Of a DNA stretch of 64,000 nt, positions 8,427-18,788 are shown piece after piece. The notes below the pieces were generated by a model that saw nothing but the letters and a program-made list of their open reading frames with translations, was not told where the DNA came from and did no database searches. The position numbers and the translations under genes are program-made. Numbering within the stretch: position 1 is the stretch's first letter; each line of letters opens with the position of its first letter. The DNA is from Candidatus Kapaibacterium sp. (GTDB lineage Bacteria; Bacteroidota; Ignavibacteria; Kapaibacteriales; HRBIN21): assembly GCA_938084565.1 (NCBI GenBank), contig CALKEU010000005.1:5715-69714 (forward strand). Direction: 5' to 3'.

Positions 8427-9821
8427 ATGGTCTACCGTGTGAGTGCTCTGATGCTACTGCCCCTCTTGTTACTGGCACAACAGTACCGGTGGGAGTTTGT
8501 CCGGACCCATGCCGCTCTGGGGAAGACGCCGCTTGGGCTGTTCTGGGGGCCTAGGGAGAGCGATCCTGATCCGACCAGCACTGCTTACGTACTCTGCGCC
8601 GGCTTCGATGCGAACTTCAATGGACAAAACGATCCCGGTGATGAGCCTCCCTCGATTACCGTTGCATGGGAGGAAAACGGTGGAGAAGCAAGCCTGAACG
8701 TACGGCTCCCGTGGGGTGTGCCGAGCTTTCCGCTCCGCCCTGCAGTTGTACGCCAGAATGAGCAATTCGTGCTCTACCTTCCCCGGCGGGATCGGGTAAG
8801 TCGACACACCCTTCTTCCTGCGATCAATCCCTTCCACGAGGATACAGTACTGAGAAGCCCGGCACAAGCTGTGCTCGTGCTAGGGGATACACTCTTTGTA
8901 AGCCAGCGCATCAGCTCAGATCCTGAGGTTGGGCTCATTCTGCGACTCATCCCCGGCCAGGGGCTCGTGGATACCATTCGGCTGAGCAGCTGCCCCAATA
9001 TCCAACAGTTGCTCTGGGATGCTCGGCGGCGGCAGCTCATCGTGCTCTGCGAGGGTATATTTGGCCAGAGAAACTCAGTGTTGCACTTCCTGCCGAACGC
9101 CAAGGATTCGAACTCTGCATTGGTGCCGATTGGGGACACAGGGAACTCCATGCTCTTGGCTGGGGATACGCTGGTCGTGGTGGCCAATGGCTCGCATGAG
9201 GTCTACCTCATCGACCCTGCAACCCGTCTCTGGCATCGTATGCCCCTAGAGATTGGCACGAGCGGCTATGGAGGGCCGCGAGAGGCCATACTCTTGGAGC
9301 TTCCTACGGGACAGCGGACGCTCCTGGTGAGCACCTATAGCAGGGATGTGCGGTGGATTGATCTGGCCACCGGTGCTGTCCTCCAGATTTTACCGCTCAG
9401 TGGGCTTGCCGAAGGTATGGCCATACGGCGCCGTGGCGACACGCTGCAGTTGTGGGTGGCACAGCCCTTTACGCCCACTTACAGTCCTGATAGCTCCCTT
9501 GCCGTCTTCCAACTCGTGCTCCCAACCTCCGTAGCCGAGGGATATTCAGGGGGAGGGCAGCTCCGGATCCGACCTACCCTCGTGAGCGAAGGGCCGGTCT
9601 GGATCGAATGGGAGGTGGAGCACTACCACGGTCACACGGTGCAGGTGGAGCTCTTCAGCATGGATGGGCGGCGGTGCCATATGTGGCAAGTGCCCACTTC
9701 GCCGGCGGGGAAACTGATGGCGGCGGTGCCGCTATCACGTTTACTTGTGCCCGCAGGAGCTTACATCCTCAAGCTCACAGCGGGGTCTATGCAGGCCAGC
9801 GCCCCTGTCTTTGTCTATTGA
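8427..9821 (+). CDS. secreted beta-propeller-like protein with T9SS C-terminal sorting domain; riboswitch-controlled
   Basis: 464 aa. Signal peptide MVYRVSALMLLPLLLLAQQ. Repetitive beta-strand-rich middle. The C-terminus ...VPAGAYILKLTAGSMQASAPVFVY is typical of a T9SS CTD. Confidence 0.6.
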   Translation: MVYRVSALMLLPLLLLAQQYRWEFVRTHAALGKTPLGLFWGPRESDPDPTSTAYVLCAGFDANFNGQNDPGDEPPSITVAWEENGGEASLNVRLPWGVPSFPLRPAVVRQNEQFVLYLPRRDRVSRHTLLPAINPFHEDTVLRSPAQAVLVLGDTLFVSQRISSDPEVGLILRLIPGQGLVDTIRLSSCPNIQQLLWDARRRQLIVLCEGIFGQRNSVLHFLPNAKDSNSALVPIGDTGNSMLLAGDTLVVVANGSHEVYLIDPATRLWHRMPLEIGTSGYGGPREAILLELPTGQRTLLVSTYSRDVRWIDLATGAVLQILPLSGLAEGMAIRRRGDTLQLWVAQPFTPTYSPDSSLAVFQLVLPTSVAEGYSGGGQLRIRPTLVSEGPVWIEWEVEHYHGHTVQVELFSMDGRRCHMWQVPTSPAGKLMAAVPLSRLLVPAGAYILKLTAGSMQASAPVFVY

Positions 9822-9879
9822 CAGGGGGATGGCGCTTAGGGCTCCGTGAGCCATTCGGAGCTGGAGTTGCAGGGCACGG

Positions 9880-11103
9880 CTATCGCTGTAATGATGCGGC
9901 TCGAATAACCGCCAGAAGCAGTATTGAGGATGCTCCGTGGGCAAGGAGAGCAAACGTCACAAGCCACTTCGGCGAAGCCTGGTAGAGCAAACCCATAGCT
10001 GCACTCCCGAGAAACCAGGCGATGCCGAAGGAAGCATTGAACAGCCCATAGGCTGTTCCTCGCTGCTCTAGGGGCACCATCGGTGCCAGAGCTGCACGGG
10101 CGAGCGATTCCTGTGCCCCGACTCCTATACCCCAGAGCAGTACCCCTCCGAGCGCCCAAGGAAGAGGACCCACAAAGCTGAGGAGTACGGCGCCGGCTGA
10201 GAGCAGAACAGCGCCAGGAAGCACCCACAAGCCTCTGCGGTCATAGAGTCGGCCGAGCACGAGAGCAGCCAGGGCATCACATCCCATGGCAGCGCCGTAC
10301 GAGAGGGGGATCCACGCTGCCGGCACATCCCTGTGCAAATGGAAAGCGATGAGGGCAAAATCAGCCGTTCCCGCTGCCCACAGTGCCATTGCCGCTGTGT
10401 AGAGCCAAAAGAGCCGCTTCGGCTGACCGATCCCCTGCTTCTTCCAGTTATGCTGTTGGTGCTCGGGGAAGGTCTCAAACGAGCGAGTAACCATCAAGAC
10501 GATGAGGCTTGCTACAGCAGGCAGGAAGAGCAGGGCAAAAGCAGTGCGATAGTGTCCGCCGAGGCTGAAAACAGCAGCAATGGCCAGAGGCCCCAGCAGT
10601 GCTCCAATCTGGTCCAGTGCCTCGTGGAGGCCGAAGCTACGACCGTATCCGAGGACGCTTCCAGCTTTTGAGAGGAGCACGTCGCGGGCTGGTGTACGGA
10701 GTGCCTTTCCAATGCGTTCGGCGATGATGAGCCCAGCGGCTCCTCCCCAATGGGATACCGTTGCCAGCAGGGGTAGGGCAAAGACGTTCATGGTATAGCC
10801 TACCAGCATCAGCAGCCAGTATCGGCCAGTCCGATCGCTGATGTATCCCGAAAGGAGGCGCAATGTGTAGCCGAGCAGCTCTCCAGCCCCAGCGATTACT
10901 CCAATAGTTGCAGCGCTTGCCCCGAGCAGCCCCAAGAATGGTCCTGTAATGCTCCGCCCTCCCTCATAGGTCATATCAGCCAGGAGGCTCACCAGGCCTA
11001 AAAAGAGGACAAAGCGCAGGGCTGACGCACGGATAGGTTCCGGCTCCATTCGAACACTCTCGGCAGTCTCAACCAGAGTCAGCAGACGTCGGCAACGGGG
11101 CAA
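9880..11103 (-). CDS. MFS transporter
   Basis: 407 aa, about 12 TM helices. MFS-like loop motif GYISDRTGRYW. Possible start at the Met at 11049. Confidence 0.75.
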   Translation of the reverse strand: MPRCRRLLTLVETAESVRMEPEPIRASALRFVLFLGLVSLLADMTYEGGRSITGPFLGLLGASAATIGVIAGAGELLGYTLRLLSGYISDRTGRYWLLMLVGYTMNVFALPLLATVSHWGGAAGLIIAERIGKALRTPARDVLLSKAGSVLGYGRSFGLHEALDQIGALLGPLAIAAVFSLGGHYRTAFALLFLPAVASLIVLMVTRSFETFPEHQQHNWKKQGIGQPKRLFWLYTAAMALWAAGTADFALIAFHLHRDVPAAWIPLSYGAAMGCDALAALVLGRLYDRRGLWVLPGAVLLSAGAVLLSFVGPLPWALGGVLLWGIGVGAQESLARAALAPMVPLEQRGTAYGLFNASFGIAWFLGSAAMGLLYQASPKWLVTFALLAHGASSILLLAVIRAASLQR

Positions 11104-11148
11104 TCATGCTCTACATGAGGCAGAGGGGTGGGTGGATTGTAAAAGCCC

Positions 11149-11156
11149 TAAGTTTG
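11149..11156 (+). promoter_or_regulatory. candidate Bacteroidota-type -7 promoter element TAAGTTTG
   Basis: Matches TAnnTTTG 14 nt upstream of the 11170 ORF, in a divergent intergenic region. Confidence 0.25.
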
Positions 11157-11169
11157 AAGCTGGAGGTAA

Positions 11170-12864
11170 GTGCACAGCGCGGAGGAATCGATGGCCTGGA
11201 GTGAGCTGTACGAGAAGCATGCCCAGACACTCTCGCACGCTATAGCTGCAGTGCGGGAACGTACCTTCTTTGCTCACTGGGCTGAGGTGCCGAGCGGCAA
11301 AGTGTATGGTGAGAGTGCAAACGAAGAGGGCCGGCGTCGCTTCGAGGCATTCGTCGGTAAGCCCTTTCGGGAGCTCCTCCAGGAACACAATGGCCTGTGG
11401 GTAGGGCAGGAGGTATCACCCTACGGATTTCCGCTCGAGATTACATACCCGCAATTGCCTGTCCTTACTGCTCTGGAGCGGGCTCAGCGCGCACAGAAAC
11501 AGTGGCAGCGGTTGAATGTGCGGCAGCGGGCAGCTGTTCTCATCGAAGCCCTCGAACAGGCGGCTGCAGACTTTTTCACCCTGGCTTATGCTACCATGCA
11601 TACGACAGGCCAAGGGTTTGTTATGGCCTTTCAGGCTTCTGGACCTCATGCCTTCGATCGTGCCCTGGAGACAATTGCCACAGGGGTCCTAGCTATAGAG
11701 TGCTTTGCGCAGGAGGCGCTCTGGAGGAAGCCCCTTGGAAAGGCGGAGCTGGTAGTGCAGAAACGCTTCCTAACCGTGCCTAAGGGTATAGGTGCTGTCA
11801 TTGGGTGCTCCACCTTCCCCCTGTGGAATGCCCTGCCGGGGGTCTTTGCCAATCTCATCACGGGCAATGCATGTTTGTGGAAGCCCCATCCACGGGTCAT
11901 CCTGCCAGTGGCGCTCTTCGTTGCGCGGCTCCAGCAGACCTTCGATACACTTGGGCTAGACCCGCACGTAGTTGTTCTGCTGCCCTGTACGGTAGAGAAC
12001 CCGTTGACCTGGGAGGTCGTTGAACATCCGGCCGTACGCATTGTGGACTATACCGGCAGTCCAGCTTTTGGGGCGGAGTTGGAGCGCCGCCTTGGAGCAA
12101 AGGTGCTCTTTACTGAGAAGGCAGGGGTCAATTCTGTTTTAGTGCACTCGGTGGCTGATCTCGGGGCGGTTGTAGACAATTTGGCTTTTAGCCTCTGCCT
12201 CTATAGCGGGCAGATGTGCACAACGCCGCAGAACATTTTCATTCCCGAAGAGGGTGTGGAGACGCCGGAGGGGCTTCTGACTCCCTTAGCCTTCGCCGAG
12301 CGGCTCGTGGCCGCAATCGATGCGCTGGTGCATAATCCAAAGGCAGGTCCGCCAACGCTTGGAGCCATTCAGAATGAGCACACTCTCCAGCGCGTTCGGG
12401 AAGCGGAGAACTTGGGGTTACCCATACTGCGGGCTAGCACACCCTTTGTGCATCCAGAGTTTCCCCAGGCACGGACGGCAACCCCGCTTGTGCTCGAAGC
12501 CCGTTGGGAAGAACATCGGGCGCTTTACGGACGGGAGTGGTTCGGACCGATTACATTTCTGATCAGAACGCCCACGCTGCAGCAGGCGCTCGCCGAGGTA
12601 GTACATCTGGTGCAGACGGCAGGTGCGCTGGTCACATCGGTTTACACAACGGACGAGATCACCAGAGAACACGTAGTGCAAGCCATTACGGAGGCGGGGG
12701 CTCCTGTGGCGGTCAATTTCACCGGCCCAATCTGGGTCAACCAATCGGCGGCTTACAGTGACTTCCACGGTGCAGGGGTCAATCCCGCTGGAAATGCCAG
12801 CTTTGTCGACTTAGCGTATGTTGCAGCTCGGTTTGGAGTAGTCCATGTGCGCCAGCTCCTCTGA
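11170..12864 (+). CDS. paaN: aldehyde dehydrogenase superfamily, PaaN-like ring-opening enzyme
   Basis: 564 aa. Catalytic Cys context GQMCTTPQ. The length and motifs fit stand-alone PaaN rather than a generic 480-aa ALDH. Confidence 0.6.
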   Translation: MHSAEESMAWSELYEKHAQTLSHAIAAVRERTFFAHWAEVPSGKVYGESANEEGRRRFEAFVGKPFRELLQEHNGLWVGQEVSPYGFPLEITYPQLPVLTALERAQRAQKQWQRLNVRQRAAVLIEALEQAAADFFTLAYATMHTTGQGFVMAFQASGPHAFDRALETIATGVLAIECFAQEALWRKPLGKAELVVQKRFLTVPKGIGAVIGCSTFPLWNALPGVFANLITGNACLWKPHPRVILPVALFVARLQQTFDTLGLDPHVVVLLPCTVENPLTWEVVEHPAVRIVDYTGSPAFGAELERRLGAKVLFTEKAGVNSVLVHSVADLGAVVDNLAFSLCLYSGQMCTTPQNIFIPEEGVETPEGLLTPLAFAERLVAAIDALVHNPKAGPPTLGAIQNEHTLQRVREAENLGLPILRASTPFVHPEFPQARTATPLVLEARWEEHRALYGREWFGPITFLIRTPTLQQALAEVVHLVQTAGALVTSVYTTDEITREHVVQAITEAGAPVAVNFTGPIWVNQSAAYSDFHGAGVNPAGNASFVDLAYVAARFGVVHVRQLL

Positions 12865-13966
12865 CACGGCAGTATCGATCAGGCGGACGATCTTTGCCGA
12901 TCTGCATCGGCGGCTAGGAGCTAAGATGGCTCCTTTTGCAGGCTTTGAGATGCCCATTCACTACCCCAAGGGCATTCTCTACGAGCACTTGGCTGTGCGG
13001 CAGCGCGTTGGAGTCTTCGATGTCTCCCACATGGGGGAATTCCGCATCTGGGGCGAGGATGCGGAAGCGTTTCTGCAGTGGGTAACGGTCAACGATGTTG
13101 CACGCCTCGTGCCCGGACGGGCTCAGTACTCGGCAATGTGTTACCCCGATGGTGGTATCGTCGATGACTTGCTCGTCTACCACTGCGGCGACTACTACAT
13201 GATGGTGGTCAATGCAGCCAACATTGAGAAAGACTTTGCCTGGCTTCAGTCGCAGGCTTCGGCGTATCGGGTTCAGTTGGATAACCTCAGCGACCGGATT
13301 CATCTGCTGGCGGTGCAAGGGCCTCGGTCGGCCGAGGCGCTGCAATCCTTGACCGAGGTCCCACTACGCGAAATCCCCTACTACCACCATCGGTGGGGGA
13401 CTGTGGCCGGGGTACCGATGCTGATTTCCCGCACCGGATATACGGGGGAGCTCGGCTACGAGCTCTACTTCGAGGGAGATCAAGCTACAGCAGAGCACGT
13501 CTGGGAAGAGATCTTCCGAGCCGGGGCTCCCTATGGTATTGAGCCGGCAGGATTGGGGGCCCGTGATACGCTGCGCTTGGAGAAGGGCTATTGCCTCTAC
13601 GGCAATGATATTGATGAGACGACCAACCCGCTCGAGGCTGGCCTGGGCTGGATCACGAAGCTCGACAAAGGGCCCTTCAGCGGACGAGAGGCCCTGCTAC
13701 AGATCACGCAACGAGGGCTGACACGGCGTCTTGTGGGCTTGCGTACAGAGAGTGAGCGCGCTCTTCCGCGCCCGCACTATACCATCGCTGCCGAAGGGAA
13801 GCCCATCGGCCATGTGACCAGCGGCAATATCTCCCCAATCTTGCGTGTGGGGATCGGGATGGGGTATGTGGAGCTTAGCTACGCTGAGCCCGGAACACGC
13901 GTTGAAATTATCGGACATGGCGGGCGCCGCTTTCATGCCGAAGTCGTCAAGCTGCCGTTTGTGTAG
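12845..13966 (+). CDS. gcvT: glycine cleavage system T protein (aminomethyltransferase)
   Basis: Full-length similarity to GcvT ([32 protein letters not shown]). The real start may be the Met at 12926 ([10 protein letters not shown]). Confidence 0.85.
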   Translation: MCASSSDTAVSIRRTIFADLHRRLGAKMAPFAGFEMPIHYPKGILYEHLAVRQRVGVFDVSHMGEFRIWGEDAEAFLQWVTVNDVARLVPGRAQYSAMCYPDGGIVDDLLVYHCGDYYMMVVNAANIEKDFAWLQSQASAYRVQLDNLSDRIHLLAVQGPRSAEALQSLTEVPLREIPYYHHRWGTVAGVPMLISRTGYTGELGYELYFEGDQATAEHVWEEIFRAGAPYGIEPAGLGARDTLRLEKGYCLYGNDIDETTNPLEAGLGWITKLDKGPFSGREALLQITQRGLTRRLVGLRTESERALPRPHYTIAAEGKPIGHVTSGNISPILRVGIGMGYVELSYAEPGTRVEIIGHGGRRFHAEVVKLPFV

Positions 13967-13976
13967 CGGGGGCACT

Positions 13977-14723
13977 CTACCGCTCCTCGAAGCGGAGATA
14001 GCGGTACCAGAGGGTGAAGAGTTCCCACGTTGCCGCAACGTCCCGCAAACAGTAAGCAGCAATCTCCCTCAGACGGCCGTCACGGTAGTACTGTTCGATG
14101 CATGAACCATCGATGCCCTGGGCTTTCGGGGATTCGATTCCAAAGGCGCGGGCGTAGAAGTCGAAGTTGTAGCGCTTGGTCGCTCCCAGCGTTTGCGGGT
14201 TGTAGAAGCACAGCTCGTCCAAAAGGTCAGTGTGTCCGCCATAGCGGTAGCGTGTGCCTTCCATGAGGTTGCGCGAGGGGCGAATGCGGTAGAGGGCCGA
14301 ACGCAGCATAAGGAAGGGAGCATCGAAGTTGCGCCCGTTGAAAGTGACAAGGTGGGCTGTCGGATACTTCTGCAAGAGCTTCCAGAACTGCTCCAGCAGT
14401 ATGCGTTCCGTACACCGGTACAGGGGATCCCCTTCCGGGAGGGTATCCGGCAGGAGCTCACCGTCGGAACAGGAGGGATCGACAACGTAAGCCCCGCGCC
14501 GGCGGAGCTGCCACTGCTGCTCGCCGAGGGTTTCCATCACCTGGAGTCCAAGGCAGATGACTTGGGCCGTGAAAGGAGAAAGCGCCATAGCAACCTTGCG
14601 CTGTTCTTGCTCAGCTTCTGAGCGAGCTCCTCGGAGCAAGAACTCCTGCTGGCTCGGGGAGAAATGCTCCCACGGGAGCGCCACGGTTTCAATGTCGAAG
14701 ACGATGTAGATGGGCTCCGGCAT
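13977..14723 (-). CDS. 3'-5' exonuclease, DEDDy family (PolB-like exonuclease domain)
   Basis: Exo motifs FDIET, FNGRNFDAPFL and YCLRDV. The start is chosen at the Met at 14723 (MPEPIYIVFDIET) to avoid a 65-nt overlap with the upstream gene. Confidence 0.6.
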   Translation of the reverse strand: MPEPIYIVFDIETVALPWEHFSPSQQEFLLRGARSEAEQEQRKVAMALSPFTAQVICLGLQVMETLGEQQWQLRRRGAYVVDPSCSDGELLPDTLPEGDPLYRCTERILLEQFWKLLQKYPTAHLVTFNGRNFDAPFLMLRSALYRIRPSRNLMEGTRYRYGGHTDLLDELCFYNPQTLGATKRYNFDFYARAFGIESPKAQGIDGSCIEQYYRDGRLREIAAYCLRDVAATWELFTLWYRYLRFEER

Positions 14724-14727
14724 GGCC

Positions 14728-17613
14728 TCAGCGCAGGAGGAGGAACGGGTGTACCTCGACGGTCCCATCGGGGAAGCGGGCCTGGAGCACATAGAAGCCT
14801 ACGGGGAGGCCGCGGAGGTCGAGCACTATGTCTCCACTGAGGCGCTGCAGAACGGGAGGCTGCCATATATGGCCCGTGAGGGTGCTCACGGACACAATAG
14901 CCGTCTCGGCCTTATGACCACTGTAGCGCAAATACAGCGAAGCCGGATTCGGTGTCAGGGAGCGTTTCGCAAGAGCTGGTTCAGCAAGTCCGGTAAGTGG
15001 CTGGATGCTCACATCATCCAGGAACCATCCTTCGGCGGTGCGAAGCGGCCCTGAAAAGAAGCGGAAGCGCACCCAGAGGAGTTGAGCTGTGTCGGGTGGC
15101 GTGAGGCGGTAGCGCTCGTGGCGCCAGTCGTCGGGAGTGACGGCACTATCGGCCCACGGCGCATAGAGTGAGGCGTTGTAGGCCCCAAGCCGAATCCACC
15201 GGTCCCACGTGTTCCAGGCAATTTCCACAAATCCGGTGTCCGAGGGGTGGATGAGGGCAGCATGGACGAAGCTCAGCTCTATGGGCATGGCTGGTGTGAC
15301 GGCGATGGGGAAGAGCATGAACGTATCGCGAGCCCGGTTTGGATATGGGCCTGACGGGGATTCCGTCAAGGCAAATGGCGGGGAGAAGAAGACCGTGGCG
15401 GTCAGTCCCCAGGAGCCGCTGTTGTAGTAACGAGGCATTTCTGGGGCCGCAAAGGGTTCGAAGAGTTCCGTGCGGAGGGGCCCAGCATAGAGGAGATAGT
15501 CCATGCTTGGCGAGCTCTCGGCCTCGCCTGCCATGACCGTGGCGTGGTAGCGGTAGAAGCCAGCTTCGGAGAGTATATCTATCACCGTGAGCGTGCGGCC
15601 AGTATCGGCCGTGTGCAGGGGGATACTCTGTATGAGGATCCCGTCGCGGAAGAGACGTAGCTGGCTTAGGTTTGTCAGGGGTGTTATTCCATCGGCTCGG
15701 AGGCGAGGCAGATGGATGTGGAGCCGGACGGTATCGGGGTACACGAGAGCACCGGAGACGAATTCAGGTGGGGCTGGCTGACGGGCACCACCGGCTCGGG
15801 CTGAATCCACTCGGGGCAAACTGGTGTCGGTGTCGGCCACTACCAGGAGCTCGTATCGATAGAGCTCGTGGGGCTGGAGAGCGGTGTCCAGATAGGTGGT
15901 GCGATTCTGCGGCAGTGTGGTGAGAATGTGGCCGTTGCGGCGCAGCACATACGTAAAAGTCGGCAGCGGCTGGCCAAAGACGCGGCCGTTCGGAGGATCC
16001 CAGCTGAGCTGTAGAGCCGTAGGGTTGTCAGGGAGGATGGTAATGCGAAAGTTCTCAGCCGGCATCGGGGCTCGGACGTTGATAGAGGCAGTATAGACAT
16101 CGTTGTCGGCAGGGTTGGTGATCGTGTTGCGCATATCTACCCAGGAGGGGTAAACACGGCCTCCGTAGAAGGCGCAACCGCTGTAATCACCGGCGAAGGC
16201 ATTGCCTCGGAATGGGTTCCGCCGTAGGTCCCAGAGGGTGTCCCCGATGCGGCGGTCTGTCCATGTGGTTCCACCATCGCTGGAGTAGCTGACCGAGACC
16301 GTAACGAGCACATTTTGCGGGTCATCGCGGCTATCCAAGTACATAATGGCCAGATCTCCCGTCGTGGGGTCGAGCGCCATCCACGGCCAGAACTGGTCTC
16401 CACTTGTGTCGGTGTGGACAATGATGGGGTCGGACCAGGTGAGGCCTCCATCGGAGGAGCGGGAAAAGTAGATGTTCGGTACGGGATCGGCGGCCCAGCA
16501 GAGGTAGAGCCATCCACGGCGTGGACCGGAGGTAGTATCGCAGACCAACACAGGATAGGTTTCCGCACGGACACCCCCTTTGACCGTATGGCGGACTCCT
16601 TCAGGAATACGCCGGGCCATCCCCAGCGGGCGATAGCGGTGGATGAGACGGGGAGGACTAAAGCTCTGCCCCCCATCCCGCGAGAAAGCAAACCCGATAG
16701 CTTTCTGCGGGCCGTGGTTCCAGACGACGTAGACGGTTCCGTCTGGACCAGTTGCCGCCAGAGGGAAGCTTTGCCCGTAGGTGGTGTCTTCCGAGGAGAA
16801 GGGTAAGCGCTCGCTCACCGGCACTGGCGTGCTCCAGGTCAGCCCTCCATCGCTGGAGAAGGAGAGCATAATCTGAGTGGAGGAGTCCCGCGGAATGACG
16901 CGCTTCCACGGGATGTAGAGCCGCCCGCGGTAGGGCGATCTTGTGCAGTGGTCAGCCGTGATGTAGTACTTGTCTTCGAATGCAGAGTCGGGGGTCATCG
17001 TGCCGCGGTGGAGGATTACCGGAATGTGCGGCTGCCACGTCCTCCCCTGATCGGTTGTGATGGCTACAAAGACCCCGTTTTCGCCTGTCGATAGGTTGAA
17101 GCCCCCGTAGCACAGGTAGCCACGCCCTTCCCCGTCGAAGGTCACCGAGGGATCGTTGGAGGAGACCCATTCAGGAAAGGGCTTGCCCAGGTTGATATTC
17201 CGCCACCGTCTGCCGCCGTCCTCGGAGACATAGACCCATGTGGAAGAGTTAGCACGGTAGTCCACGGCTGTGGCCAGTAGGTTGTGCGGATTGCGGGGAT
17301 TGACTGCAATGGAGGATTCATTTTGAATCGGCAGCGGATCCGTTTCTGGCTCGATGACGTTGATGTTCGGAAAGAGGCTCAGCCGCGGAGATACTTCGGC
17401 GGGGGCGAGAGGCAAGAGCGGTAAGCGTTGCTCGAGCTCTGGCCGGGGTTGAGCCTTCTCCATCAGGTGTCGGAAGGGGTTGGTGCCATCACGCGCCCAG
17501 AGGGCTACTGTACCGAGTACGACGGCTATGCTGCGGACCATGGTCGGCAAGGGGCTGTACAACTGCAGCGGTGAAATTACAGCTTTCCGAGAGTTCGCAG
17601 GAATGCTGAGCAA
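14728..17613 (-). CDS. BNR/Asp-box repeat protein (sialidase-like fold) with T9SS C-terminal domain
   Basis: 961 aa. Multiple Asp-boxes (SDGGLTW, SSDGGTTW, TTDQGRTW, SRDGGQSF). The signal peptide is at the internal Met (MVRSIAVVLGTVALWA). C-terminus LPVGFYVLQARFPDGTVEVHPFLLLR. Confidence 0.65.
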   Translation of the reverse strand: MLSIPANSRKAVISPLQLYSPLPTMVRSIAVVLGTVALWARDGTNPFRHLMEKAQPRPELEQRLPLLPLAPAEVSPRLSLFPNINVIEPETDPLPIQNESSIAVNPRNPHNLLATAVDYRANSSTWVYVSEDGGRRWRNINLGKPFPEWVSSNDPSVTFDGEGRGYLCYGGFNLSTGENGVFVAITTDQGRTWQPHIPVILHRGTMTPDSAFEDKYYITADHCTRSPYRGRLYIPWKRVIPRDSSTQIMLSFSSDGGLTWSTPVPVSERLPFSSEDTTYGQSFPLAATGPDGTVYVVWNHGPQKAIGFAFSRDGGQSFSPPRLIHRYRPLGMARRIPEGVRHTVKGGVRAETYPVLVCDTTSGPRRGWLYLCWAADPVPNIYFSRSSDGGLTWSDPIIVHTDTSGDQFWPWMALDPTTGDLAIMYLDSRDDPQNVLVTVSVSYSSDGGTTWTDRRIGDTLWDLRRNPFRGNAFAGDYSGCAFYGGRVYPSWVDMRNTITNPADNDVYTASINVRAPMPAENFRITILPDNPTALQLSWDPPNGRVFGQPLPTFTYVLRRNGHILTTLPQNRTTYLDTALQPHELYRYELLVVADTDTSLPRVDSARAGGARQPAPPEFVSGALVYPDTVRLHIHLPRLRADGITPLTNLSQLRLFRDGILIQSIPLHTADTGRTLTVIDILSEAGFYRYHATVMAGEAESSPSMDYLLYAGPLRTELFEPFAAPEMPRYYNSGSWGLTATVFFSPPFALTESPSGPYPNRARDTFMLFPIAVTPAMPIELSFVHAALIHPSDTGFVEIAWNTWDRWIRLGAYNASLYAPWADSAVTPDDWRHERYRLTPPDTAQLLWVRFRFFSGPLRTAEGWFLDDVSIQPLTGLAEPALAKRSLTPNPASLYLRYSGHKAETAIVSVSTLTGHIWQPPVLQRLSGDIVLDLRGLPVGFYVLQARFPDGTVEVHPFLLLR

Positions 17614-17675
17614 GGTGCGGGGAGGGCTGTGGACGCGTACGGTATTTTTGCAGCGTCGACAATGCGCCAGGACGC

Positions 17676-18788
17676 ATGAAATACCTCCTCATGCTGGTGG
17701 CAATAGGAGCTGGGATTGGGCTGGTGGCCCTATACCCTCCGGAGAGGCCGCGTCCGATATGGTGGCAATGGACGGTGCTTGGGCTTGTGACGCTGCTGAT
17801 TGTCGCAGCGCTGCTCCCCCCGCTCGGTGGGAACATAGCTGATGCCCTTGTGGCACGTCGCCTGGGCACGCAGCACGTGGGTGCCCTCCCGCTGATGAGT
17901 ATGCAGGAGGTGCAGCGCATGAAGGTGCCGGAACGCGTGGTACCGATTCTGGTGCGATGCGTGGATTCGGCACGCTTCGATGCTGCCCTAAGTATGTGGC
18001 GGGTGCAGGTCGAGGATCGCCAGCGGCAGCAGCTAACACTTCTCTTTGCCACGGAACCGCCCACCAGGCTGTTGCGAGCTGCTTCGGCGGTGGTAGCGGT
18101 CGAACCGACGGAAGTAGAAAATGTCTGGAGTGTTCGGCGCATCGAGGCCTTCGAGCCGTGGGTTGTCATGCCGTATGTGCCGGGTCTGGGGGAGCGGGCC
18201 CGTATCCTCTACTTCCACGTCCCGATGGCCTGGATTGCTGTTTTGGCTTATGCGGTGGGCATGCTATCGGCAGTGCAGTACTTACGGCGCCGCCAGCCTC
18301 TGGCTGATATACGAGCAACTGCTGCTGTCGCAGTTGGCACGCTTTCGACCATCTTGGCAACTGTGACCGGTGCCATATGGGCGCGTTTCAACTGGGGAAG
18401 CTTCTGGAATTGGGACCCACGGCAGACTACCATCGTTGTGCTGCTGTTGATTTACCTGGCTTACTTTGCGCTGCGGGCGTCGCTCCCGGCCGGAGAACGC
18501 CAAGCGCAACTGGGAAGCGTCTATTTGGTGTTTGCCTTCGTGACGGTGCCCTTCCTCGTCTTTGTCCTCCCTCGCCTTATGGAAAGCCTCCATCCGGGGG
18601 GAAGAGGCGATGTGGGTCTCGGCCCCGTTATCGACCCCTCGCCGGAGGCTTTGGCCCCGGTGAAACAGCTGCTGTTTGCTTATTCGTTGTTGGCCTTTAC
18701 GGCGCTATTTGGGTGGCTGTGGAGCTGCCTGGTGCGCCTCTTGCGAGTTTCTGCGGCTGTGCGATGGCATGAGGCAAGACAGAGATGA
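17676..18788 (+). CDS. ccmC: CcmC-like heme exporter (WWD domain) with an N-terminal extension of about 110 aa
   Basis: RILYFHVPMAWIAVLAY and WGSFWNWDPRQT (WWD motif). The second His is in LMESLHPGG. 370 aa against about 245 for canonical CcmC. Confidence 0.7.
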   Translation: MKYLLMLVAIGAGIGLVALYPPERPRPIWWQWTVLGLVTLLIVAALLPPLGGNIADALVARRLGTQHVGALPLMSMQEVQRMKVPERVVPILVRCVDSARFDAALSMWRVQVEDRQRQQLTLLFATEPPTRLLRAASAVVAVEPTEVENVWSVRRIEAFEPWVVMPYVPGLGERARILYFHVPMAWIAVLAYAVGMLSAVQYLRRRQPLADIRATAAVAVGTLSTILATVTGAIWARFNWGSFWNWDPRQTTIVVLLLIYLAYFALRASLPAGERQAQLGSVYLVFAFVTVPFLVFVLPRLMESLHPGGRGDVGLGPVIDPSPEALAPVKQLLFAYSLLAFTALFGWLWSCLVRLLRVSAAVRWHEARQR

